A DNA stretch of 26,694 bases from Gammaproteobacteria bacterium. Its GTDB lineage: Bacteria > Pseudomonadota > Gammaproteobacteria > GCA-002705445 > GCA-002716945. The notes under the pieces were generated by a model. The model did not search any database. It worked only from the letters and a program-made list of their open reading frames with translations, and was not told the DNA's origin. The DNA lies in NCBI GenBank assembly GCA_038142325.1, contig JAYQJW010000005.1, positions 1 to 26,694 on the forward strand. The letters are read 5' to 3'. Positions 8,071-16,289 of the stretch are shown here, one piece after another (positions within the stretch are counted from its first letter, which is position 1; every line of letters starts with the position of its first letter). A program made the position numbers and the translations under genes.

Positions 8071-10365
8071 ATGGCGAATTATCAACCACCAACCGAAGAT
8101 GTGCCTATATTTAATGGTAAGTATTTCACCGCAGAAAACATAACAACAGCAAACGGAGATGGTAGATATTTAAAATTAATAGCACAAGGCGACGAAGATA
8201 TGAATAATTATGATATTCTTAATATCAACCAAGTAGATACTCAATCCGTAAAGTTTGGTGATGGGACTATACAAACAACAGCAGGAGGAGGAGGTGGAGG
8301 AGTTCAAAATCCTATGACTTCCAATTTAGATGCTGGTAATTTTTTTATACAGAATGCTGGTCTAATAGAAACATTTTATTTAGAAAATACAAAAGTAAAT
8401 AATGCTGATGCTATTAAGTATATTAATTTTGGTGCTATAACCGCTGGTGATAAATACTTAATTGGACGAAGTAATAATCGTCTTGCTATGGAAGGTAATA
8501 TTATGGTCTTAATTAGAACTTTGGACGCTGGTTTTAAACAAGAGTTTCTGGCGGAAGTTATAGCATTCCCAGATAGAAGTGTTATAAGAATTATCAATAA
8601 TGTATGTGAAAGCGATACAATACCCATTACTGAAATACTTTATGAAGATGACCCATTAGATCCACTACAATCTGTATTATGTTTTAAATGTGGTGTAAGT
8701 GCTACAAGATGCGATATTTTAGTTTATCAAAATGGTAATGATAATAACACATTAGGAAGTCAATTTTTAATACCTACTACAATAACATCTATACCAACAT
8801 CTACAAATGTATATACATCTGTATTATTGGAAGTCCAAACAGCAGGAACAAGTGGTAATTACAGAACAGCAGGAACAACCTTTTCAAGTGATACACAAAC
8901 TATTACATTAGCAACTAACGCAATAAGAGAATTAACAGCAACAGCAGACATTCAATTACTTAACAATATCAATCTTAATAATAATAGCATTAAAAATACA
9001 AATACAATATCAGTAGATAATATTGGTGTAAATCTCAATAGTGAAATACAATCCACAGCATCAATCAATCTCGGTGGAAATGACCTACAAAATACTAATA
9101 ATGTGTATGTTGATAGTTTAAGAGAGAATACACCAGGTAATAGTATTGTGGTTCATAATACCCTCAATATGAATAATAATCATATACATAATTTAAGTGA
9201 TCCAATACAAAATAAAGATGGTGCTAATAAGCAATATGTAGATACTGCCGTAGCAGGATTTTTAACCAATCCTTTAAATGCTAATTTAGATGGAGCATCA
9301 CTTTATAAAGGTATTAATTTTGTTGATCCAACTAACGCCCAAGATTTAGCAACCAAAAATTATGTGGATACAACAGGAGGAAGTGGAGTTCAAAATCCTA
9401 TGACTTCTAATTTAGATGGTGGGACTTTTAATATTACTAATGTTGGGAACTTCTCTAATGTTCCTACAACAGGTAATTTTTTCAGTAATGGACTATTTCA
9501 ACATTCTAACGGAGCATTCCAAATTGGAGGTTCAGGTATGACGACTGATACAGATGTTAATTTTAATGATAGTGCTACACCTATATTACAAATTAATAAA
9601 ACAGCAAGGCAAATTAATTTAGCGAATGGTTCAACAACATATATTAAACCAGGTGCGGTTTTATCAGCAGGACAAGGTGGAGCATTAATTACATACCAAA
9701 CATCAACACCAGCAACCGCTTATAATGGTGAAATAACAACATCATTTTACCCACCAAATCCAAATAGAAGAAATGATTTTTTGACCTTAACAGGATATAA
9801 TTATGGTAATTCAGTAATTCCTATGGCGATTTCACCGATGACTACACAACAATATTATACTGCTAATGTAGCGGATTATGTGCCTTTTACTGCTGGATTG
9901 GGGTGGAATGCTGGTAATAATGGTGATATAATCCCTCTGGTTCAACGAAATACATTAGTTCAATTGGACGGATTACCACCAGGAATTAATAATCACGATG
10001 CGAATGCGTTTCCGTTTGACGCTCATTTTATAGGAATTGGTTTAAATTGTGCCTCTCAATTAGGAGGTTGGGTATTGACTGGTGTAGCACAAGTAGAATT
10101 AGTTTATAGCATTATTGGTGCGAGTTATGTTTCATTTGTTCCCCCTGTAATAGTAGCACAATCAGGAGCAGGTGGTAATTTAACAATAGAAAATATAAGA
10201 TTACCACAAAGTAGTTGGGTGGAAGCATCTTCTTCCTCTTTTGGTGGTATTCAATTAGGATTACAATTAAACATATCAGGAGCAGATATTATTGATACAC
10301 AAGATCCAAGTAATAAATCTATAAATGCCTGTGGATATTTATTATGTAATATTCCTATCAATTAA
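8071..10365 (+). CDS. Fibre/spike-like virion protein 3
   Basis: Repeats GVQNPMTSNLD (x2), DPIQNKDGANKQYVD and DPTNAQDLATKNYVD; Asn-rich beta repeats. Confidence 0.75.
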   Translation: MANYQPPTEDVPIFNGKYFTAENITTANGDGRYLKLIAQGDEDMNNYDILNINQVDTQSVKFGDGTIQTTAGGGGGGVQNPMTSNLDAGNFFIQNAGLIETFYLENTKVNNADAIKYINFGAITAGDKYLIGRSNNRLAMEGNIMVLIRTLDAGFKQEFLAEVIAFPDRSVIRIINNVCESDTIPITEILYEDDPLDPLQSVLCFKCGVSATRCDILVYQNGNDNNTLGSQFLIPTTITSIPTSTNVYTSVLLEVQTAGTSGNYRTAGTTFSSDTQTITLATNAIRELTATADIQLLNNINLNNNSIKNTNTISVDNIGVNLNSEIQSTASINLGGNDLQNTNNVYVDSLRENTPGNSIVVHNTLNMNNNHIHNLSDPIQNKDGANKQYVDTAVAGFLTNPLNANLDGASLYKGINFVDPTNAQDLATKNYVDTTGGSGVQNPMTSNLDGGTFNITNVGNFSNVPTTGNFFSNGLFQHSNGAFQIGGSGMTTDTDVNFNDSATPILQINKTARQINLANGSTTYIKPGAVLSAGQGGALITYQTSTPATAYNGEITTSFYPPNPNRRNDFLTLTGYNYGNSVIPMAISPMTTQQYYTANVADYVPFTAGLGWNAGNNGDIIPLVQRNTLVQLDGLPPGINNHDANAFPFDAHFIGIGLNCASQLGGWVLTGVAQVELVYSIIGASYVSFVPPVIVAQSGAGGNLTIENIRLPQSSWVEASSSSFGGIQLGLQLNISGADIIDTQDPSNKSINACGYLLCNIPIN
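8299..8332 (+). repeat. 34-bp intragenic direct repeat (second copy 9385-9418)
   Basis: GGAGTTCAAAATCCTATGACTTC(C/T)AATTTAGATG, one mismatch. Confidence 0.9.
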
Positions 10366-10389
10366 TTAATCTCTCACTTATATATAGTG

Positions 10390-11061
10390 ATGAATAAATG
10401 GACAAGTGAAGTAGAAGATATATTGGAAAAATTACGAATAAATTGTGTTAATTTAAGTGAGTATCATAGAAAGCGATATTATCATTTTAAAGGTTATGGA
10501 AAGTGGTTCAGGTTGCCCTTAATTATATTGGCGAGTATAAACTCAACAGCATCAGTAGGTCTTCAACCAGTTTTGGATCAATCAGTTATATCTGGTATAA
10601 CCTGTATAATAGGTATGGCGATGGGAATTATTAGTGCTTATGAACTATATTTAGGGATACAAACAAATATGGAATTAGAACTAAAACAGAGTAAGGATTT
10701 TTACACTTTATCAATAGACCTATTTAAAACACTTTCCTTACGAAGAGAGAATAGAGGTGAAGATGGTAAAGATTATTTAAATAAAAAGTATAGTCATTAC
10801 ATAAAACTCACCGAAGCATCTAATTTATTGAAACGAAAGTTAAGTGTTGATACTTTAACCACTATACCAGCGGAGTTTATTGATAATACACCAAAGGGAA
10901 GTGATAGTGGAAGTGTGGAATTACAATTACCACAAGTATATTCACAACCAAGACCATCATACAGCGAAGAAGATTTAAGAGCAGTCAGTAATACTATTGA
11001 TGAAATATGTAATGATATTGTAGAAGGAGAAAAGAAAGAAAAATCTAATGATATTATATAA
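10390..11061 (+). CDS. Two-transmembrane SLATT-like protein
   Basis: W...H...Y helix, then two hydrophobic helices (LPLIILASINSTASVGL; ISGITCIIGMAMGIISAYELYL). ATG 10390 preferred over GTG 10387. Confidence 0.7.
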   Translation: MNKWTSEVEDILEKLRINCVNLSEYHRKRYYHFKGYGKWFRLPLIILASINSTASVGLQPVLDQSVISGITCIIGMAMGIISAYELYLGIQTNMELELKQSKDFYTLSIDLFKTLSLRRENRGEDGKDYLNKKYSHYIKLTEASNLLKRKLSVDTLTTIPAEFIDNTPKGSDSGSVELQLPQVYSQPRPSYSEEDLRAVSNTIDEICNDIVEGEKKEKSNDII

Positions 11062-11708
11062 TGCCTGAACCTTTGGATAAAGAGTTATACGAACAAGTAA
11101 GAAAATATGCGGATTTGGTATATGATAAACCAAGTGCTTATAAATCTGGATTTATTGTAAAAACCTACAAAGAATATGGAGGTAAATATAAAGGGAAACC
11201 TGATAATGAAGGGTTAGATAGATGGTTTGATGAAAAATGGGAAGATATAGGTAATGATGAAGATAAATACCCTACTTTTAGACCTACAATTAGAGTAAGT
11301 GAGAAAACACCTATTACAAAAGGAGAGTTGGATTATGATGAAAAGCGAAAGAAAATAAAAGAGAAACAGAAGATAAAAGGCAAGAAAAATCTACAACCTT
11401 TCGTCAGTAAGGAAAAGAAAGAACGATTAGAAAAGTATAGTGATCCAACACAAGTATTTAAAAAAGCGAGAGAATATCTGGGTAAAGATGTAATTATTGA
11501 AATATCTGGTAGGAAGGATAAAAAATATATGGTAAAAACACCAGAGGGTAAATGGGTTCATTTCGGTCAAATGGGATATGAAGATTTTACCAAGCATAAG
11601 AACCTGAAACGAAGAGAGAATTATTTAAATAGATCCACCAAAATAAAAGGGGATTGGAAAAGGAATAAATATAGTCCAAATAATTTATCTATCAATATAT
11701 TATGGTAG
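11061..11708 (+). CDS. Two-domain protein with C-terminal Tlr6F-like domain
   Basis: KDKKYMV...VHFGQMGYEDFTKHK..RR..YL.R...SPNNLSINILW resembles the Tlr6F family of PLVs, virophages and NCLDVs. N-terminal PSAYKSG...GLDRWFDEKW domain. Confidence 0.75.
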   Translation: MPEPLDKELYEQVRKYADLVYDKPSAYKSGFIVKTYKEYGGKYKGKPDNEGLDRWFDEKWEDIGNDEDKYPTFRPTIRVSEKTPITKGELDYDEKRKKIKEKQKIKGKKNLQPFVSKEKKERLEKYSDPTQVFKKAREYLGKDVIIEISGRKDKKYMVKTPEGKWVHFGQMGYEDFTKHKNLKRRENYLNRSTKIKGDWKRNKYSPNNLSINILW

Positions 11709-11819
11709 ATGCTATTTTATGGTTGTTGAAAATATGGATTAGCGAATTATTGTGGAAGTATTTAAGAATAAGTATATAATTTTTGGAAAATAAAATATTA
11801 TGTAATTATATAATATATT

Positions 11820-14135
11820 ATGCCGAGATTGAAAAAAAGCGGTGATGAAGTTGTAGCACCTGTATTTGGTGAAAGTGAATTAATCCTACCTGAATATTTT
11901 GTAATTCCTTTTGGAAAGCAAGGAAAATATAAATTGGTTAATCCTACCAGTCAAGAACGAGGATTAAGCACCAGAGGAAAAAAGAAAGCGTTGAAATTAA
12001 CAAGAAAACCAGTAAAAAATGCGGTTTTGGTTGAGGATATGAGTGATCCAATACCTTTGGAACTATTTAGCAAGAAAGATAGAACCATTATTAGAAATCA
12101 CTACAAGTTAGTAAAACAATTTGAAAACAGACCAGCGAAAGATGTTCCACAATTACAACATACCAAACCAAAAGAAAGAGGAAGACCTGAAACACTACCC
12201 AAAAATATAGAAATCAATAAAGCAAGAAAAGAACCACCAGCACCAGAACCAAAGAAAAGAGGAAGACCTACAAAATACCAAAGCGAAGAAGAAAAGAAAC
12301 AAAAGAAAAGAGAACAAACATTAGCATCTAATAAGCGAAAAAGAGAAGAAAAAAAGAAGGCAAAAGAAGCACAAGCAGAAGGAGGAAACATTATTACTGA
12401 TGTAATTAGAAATGTAAAGAACTATGGTATTAGAAAAGGTTTCACAGAAACCATACAAGATAAAGCACATCAAGCAAAAGCAGTCATAACAGGTAATATT
12501 ACACAATTATCACCAAGATTGAAAGAATTATTAAACCAATATGGATCATCAACTATTAAAGGAATAAGTATTAGGCGTAGTCCAGTATCAGGATTACTAA
12601 CAGGTGCTTTATCCTTCTTCTCTGGTGGTAAGTTTGGTGAAAGACAAAAGGAGCGAGAGTTTGATGAACTATTCCATTTATTTATGGTATTCAACCTTAA
12701 TGATGGTAAGCAAATGCTATTAGAGAAAAATGAGAGAATAAATATGGAGTTAAACCCCAAGAAAAGACCAAAAACAGAAGAAGAAATAGTCAGGGTTTTC
12801 CCTATTGATACTCTGGATCTTAATGGAGTATTAGGTAAAACCAAAGCATATATGGGTGATAAGAAGTTCTTTGGTTATTCAGCAAAAGACAACAACTGCC
12901 AGGACTTCATATTGGCGGTTATGAATGCTAATGATATAGGAGATGCTAATGATAGAAAGTTTGTAAAGCAAGATACAAAGGAATTATTTAGGGATTTACC
13001 TTATTTAAGAAAGTTGAGTAATACTTTAACCAATATAGGAGCAAGGGCAAATGTATTTATGGAAGGTGGAGATATTCATAAAGAATATCAAGACGAAGTT
13101 AAAGCACTATTGAATAAGAAAATGAATGCTTCTATTAAAGGTAGAAAGATGAATGAATTAACTGATAAATATAAAATGCTATGTTATAGTAAATCTATGG
13201 AAGGCAAGGGATTACATAGTGAGTATGCGAGTGATGATGAAGAAATTGAAGGTGATGGTATGGAGGAAAGTATAGATTTTGACGATATTAAATGGGGATC
13301 ATTCACCAAACAATATGAGAGATTTAAGAACCAACATAAAAACTCTAATATAAAAGATTTAGAAGATTTCGCCAGAATGCTATTGAAAGACCCCAGTAAG
13401 TATAATAAAACTACAATTAAAAGGGCAAGATTTTATTTAAATGTATTGCTTCCAAAGAAAAATAAAATCTCTGGTAATAGTATAAATATGGTGAAGAAAT
13501 TAACCAAAAAGCAGATGAAGGCATTAGAGAAGGAAACTGATGGAGAAGGCATTTATTTAAGTGGCGTTGGTGGAGATGGATTATATGCTGGTGAAGGTCT
13601 ATATGCTGGTGAAGGTATGTATGCTGGAAGTGGTTGTGCTATATGTGGTTCTGGAATGGAAGGTGGAGCAATCTACCACCCTATTTTAGCGGAAATTGAT
13701 GGCGGAAATATCTTTAAAAGTGCTGGAAGATGGTTCAGGAAAGCAGGAGATACTATTAACAAGGCAGTCATTAAACCAGTAGCAAAAGAGTTTAGTAAAA
13801 AAGGAACTATACAAAGGGGAGTAAATGACGGACTTAAAGAAGCATTCAAAAAGGGTGGTATTATGGAAAAAGCAGGAAGAACCGCTTTTAGAGAAGGTGT
13901 CCCAGTATTAACTGGTGCTTTAACTGGTGCTTTGGGTGGATTAGCAGGTGGTCCTGGTGGTGCTATGTTAGGGTCTTATGCTGGTTCAAAAGGAGGTCAA
14001 GAATTAGTCAAAATGAGTGGTGTAGGTGTTAAGAAAAGAAGTGCTTGGATAGACCAAGTTAAAGCAGTCCAAAAAAGAGATGGTATTTCTTACAAAGAAG
14101 CACTCAAAGTAGCATCAAGGGAACGAAAAAACTAA
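11820..14135 (+). CDS. Putative core polyprotein: AT-hooks, permuted papain-like domain, multiple adenain sites, Gly-zipper, basic tail
   Basis: ERGRP and KKRGRP; FHL...LEKN...YSAKDNNCQDF; MEGG, MEGKG, IEGDG, IDGG, MSGVG; GALTGALGGLAGG. Confidence 0.75.
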   Translation: MPRLKKSGDEVVAPVFGESELILPEYFVIPFGKQGKYKLVNPTSQERGLSTRGKKKALKLTRKPVKNAVLVEDMSDPIPLELFSKKDRTIIRNHYKLVKQFENRPAKDVPQLQHTKPKERGRPETLPKNIEINKARKEPPAPEPKKRGRPTKYQSEEEKKQKKREQTLASNKRKREEKKKAKEAQAEGGNIITDVIRNVKNYGIRKGFTETIQDKAHQAKAVITGNITQLSPRLKELLNQYGSSTIKGISIRRSPVSGLLTGALSFFSGGKFGERQKEREFDELFHLFMVFNLNDGKQMLLEKNERINMELNPKKRPKTEEEIVRVFPIDTLDLNGVLGKTKAYMGDKKFFGYSAKDNNCQDFILAVMNANDIGDANDRKFVKQDTKELFRDLPYLRKLSNTLTNIGARANVFMEGGDIHKEYQDEVKALLNKKMNASIKGRKMNELTDKYKMLCYSKSMEGKGLHSEYASDDEEIEGDGMEESIDFDDIKWGSFTKQYERFKNQHKNSNIKDLEDFARMLLKDPSKYNKTTIKRARFYLNVLLPKKNKISGNSINMVKKLTKKQMKALEKETDGEGIYLSGVGGDGLYAGEGLYAGEGMYAGSGCAICGSGMEGGAIYHPILAEIDGGNIFKSAGRWFRKAGDTINKAVIKPVAKEFSKKGTIQRGVNDGLKEAFKKGGIMEKAGRTAFREGVPVLTGALTGALGGLAGGPGGAMLGSYAGSKGGQELVKMSGVGVKKRSAWIDQVKAVQKRDGISYKEALKVASRERKN

Positions 14136-14180
14136 ATGGGGCGAGTATGCCCTCATCGTCCGTTAATATAATTGAGGGCA
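14126..14180 (+). promoter_or_regulatory. Predicted -1 programmed ribosomal frameshift signal (slippery heptamer plus H-type pseudoknot)
   Basis: A AAA AAC at 14126-14132, in frame just before TAA; 6-nt spacer. Stem 1 GGGCGA(14139-44)/TCGTCC(14156-61); stem 2 TGCCCTCA(14148-55)/TGAGGGCA(14173-80). The -1 frame is open into ORF 14147. Confidence 0.78.
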
Positions 14181-15484
14181 AAGGTGTAGGGAGCATAGAC
14201 AATTATTATCTAAAAATCCATTTTACAGATGCTAATAAGGATTATAGAAATCTAACAATACATACCCCAACGGAAGCACAGATGAAAACATTTCTAACCA
14301 AATTGAAACCAGTATTAAACAAATATAAAATAAGTGTTGATTTAAGTAAATTAAAAATTGGATCATCAAGATATAAAGACCAAGAGTTCTTTATAGAATG
14401 TTGTGAATGGTATGATATGCCTGAATATAAACAAAATCCAGCACTATTGAATACCAAGCATATAGTATTACAAATACAGAAAGGAAACCAAACTGAACCA
14501 TTCTTAACCGATATTAGCAAAATATTAGGTGAAAACATAAATAAAAAAACCTTTGGTTGGTTTCCAGAAAGACCTAATAAAATACTTAACCCTTATAAGG
14601 GTAAGATGTGGGAAAGTAAAGGACATATGCCGAAGTATCCTATTTACATATTATCCAAAGGTAGATGGGAAAGACGATTAACCAGTAAATATTTGGAATG
14701 GTGTGGAATACCATATAAGATTGTTGTTGAACCACAAGAATACGAAAAATACGCCGAACATATTGATAAGAGTAAAATATTGATTTTACCAAAGAAATAT
14801 CTGGGTAAAGACCAAGGAGGAATACCAGCAAGAAACTTCATAATGGATCACGCCAGAAGCAAAAGTAAAACTGGACGGCACTGGATATTGGACGATAATA
14901 TTGGTGATTGGAAAAGATTAAACAATAATGAAAGAGTTGTAGTCAAAGGTGGTTGTGTGTTTAAGGTAGTAGAAGATTATACAGATAGATATGTTGATGT
15001 GAAAATGAGCGGACATAACTACACTATGTTTGGTATGAACCCATCATTAGATCCAATAACAAAAAATACGAGGGTTTATTCTTCTATATTATTAAGCAAC
15101 GATATACCTGATAAAATAGGTGAAGGTTGGAGAGGTAAATATAATGAAGATACTGATTTATCCTTACGATTATTAAAGGCAGGATTTCCTACCATATTGT
15201 TTAATTGTATTATGGCGAATAAAGAAACTACATTAACAAATAAAGGAGGTAATGAGAAAATCTATAAAGAGAAAGATGGTCTTTATAAAAAGGCAAAGTC
15301 ATTAGCAGACCAGCACCCAGATGTCGCCAAAGTTAGTGAGCGTTATGGAAGAGTTCATCATATAGTAGATTATTCTGGATTTAAAAACCTACCATTAAAA
15401 TTAAAACCAGGTTTAAAAATACCTAAAAAAGTAAATAATTATGGAATGAAATTAGTTGATAAAGTCAAAAACCCTATACCATAA
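14147..15484 (+). CDS. TET/JBP-associated (TAGT/GREB1-like) GT-A glycosyltransferase with N-terminal accessory domain
   Basis: YPIYILSKGR, ARNFIMDH, HWILDDNI, TRVYSSIL, WRGKYNEDTDLSLRLLKAG, KGGN, YGRVHHIVDY. Confidence 0.85.
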   Translation: MPSSSVNIIEGKGVGSIDNYYLKIHFTDANKDYRNLTIHTPTEAQMKTFLTKLKPVLNKYKISVDLSKLKIGSSRYKDQEFFIECCEWYDMPEYKQNPALLNTKHIVLQIQKGNQTEPFLTDISKILGENINKKTFGWFPERPNKILNPYKGKMWESKGHMPKYPIYILSKGRWERRLTSKYLEWCGIPYKIVVEPQEYEKYAEHIDKSKILILPKKYLGKDQGGIPARNFIMDHARSKSKTGRHWILDDNIGDWKRLNNNERVVVKGGCVFKVVEDYTDRYVDVKMSGHNYTMFGMNPSLDPITKNTRVYSSILLSNDIPDKIGEGWRGKYNEDTDLSLRLLKAGFPTILFNCIMANKETTLTNKGGNEKIYKEKDGLYKKAKSLADQHPDVAKVSERYGRVHHIVDYSGFKNLPLKLKPGLKIPKKVNNYGMKLVDKVKNPIP

Positions 15485-15566
15485 TCTAAAAGTTAAGTAT
15501 ATAATAAACAATTATGTATATTATATAATTATTAAGATAAATTATGTATTAAAAGTGTATAAAACC

Positions 15567-15588
15567 TTAATAAAATTAATTTTATTAA
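15567..15588. terminator. Perfect 22-bp palindrome between convergent genes
   Basis: TTAATAAAATTAATTTTATTAA; a second hairpin ATTATATGAT..ATCATATAAT lies at 15613-15646. Confidence 0.6.
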
Positions 15589-15659
15589 TACTTTATATAG
15601 ATATTTTATAGTATTATATGATAATTAATATGAATAATCATATAATTCTGTATAAATCC

Positions 15660-16193
15660 TTAACATTCACTTAATATCATAGGTTCTCTTGGATCTTCTA
15701 TATCATCAGGACATTCTTTATACTTCATAAAACTTTCCACAGACGGAAACTTCATAACCCTAATGAGGTCTGTAAGTTTATCAACTGGAATATGGTAATG
15801 TGGTTTAGGTCTGTCCCTAATTCCATACCTATAAGTCATCACATCTTTTACTTCAAATGTATCCCATAACTCTTTATCATAATCCAGAGAGCAAGTAGCG
15901 TCTTTAAAATTAAATACGAATACCTGTTTTTTATCTGTATCTCTTACCTTACTAACTGGAACAATTGTAGTAGGGTATGTGTGCTTATTACATCTACGAG
16001 ATTTCAATTCCCAACTTGTTCCGCTGTTTGCTTCAAAGTCATATATGTAGTAATCGTCCCCATAAATGTCTTTGGTGTTCTTAATGTCCTCTTCATCTTC
16101 CCAATTCAGTTTTAGAATGTCTATGACTTCCAACTCTTTTTCTAACCCCATTTTTAGGTCGTTTTTAAAACTACGGATTTTATCACTTTCCAT
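15660..16193 (-). CDS. PD-(D/E)XK superfamily nuclease
   Basis: G..KE helix, then YDF...WELKSR, YPTTIV..SK, FVFNFKD. Confidence 0.75.
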   Translation of the reverse strand: MESDKIRSFKNDLKMGLEKELEVIDILKLNWEDEEDIKNTKDIYGDDYYIYDFEANSGTSWELKSRRCNKHTYPTTIVPVSKVRDTDKKQVFVFNFKDATCSLDYDKELWDTFEVKDVMTYRYGIRDRPKPHYHIPVDKLTDLIRVMKFPSVESFMKYKECPDDIEDPREPMILSEC

Positions 16194-16289
16194 TTATATA
16201 ATATAACTATATAAAAAATTATAGAAAATTAATCTAAATAATTAATTAAATCGCCTAAATATATTTTCTCTCTTAATATTATATATAGA

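Noticed and set aside
5422-9418. Fibre-gene repeats as a diversity-generating retroelement or CRISPR-like array
   Set aside because: No reverse transcriptase or cas genes, no adenine-specific variation, and no regular repeat-spacer period.
13577-13630. 18-bp tandem repeat (GG.(T/C/A)T.TATGCTGG) x3
   Set aside because: Explained as the coding repeat G(L/M)YAG(E/S) within the polyprotein, not a separate DNA element.
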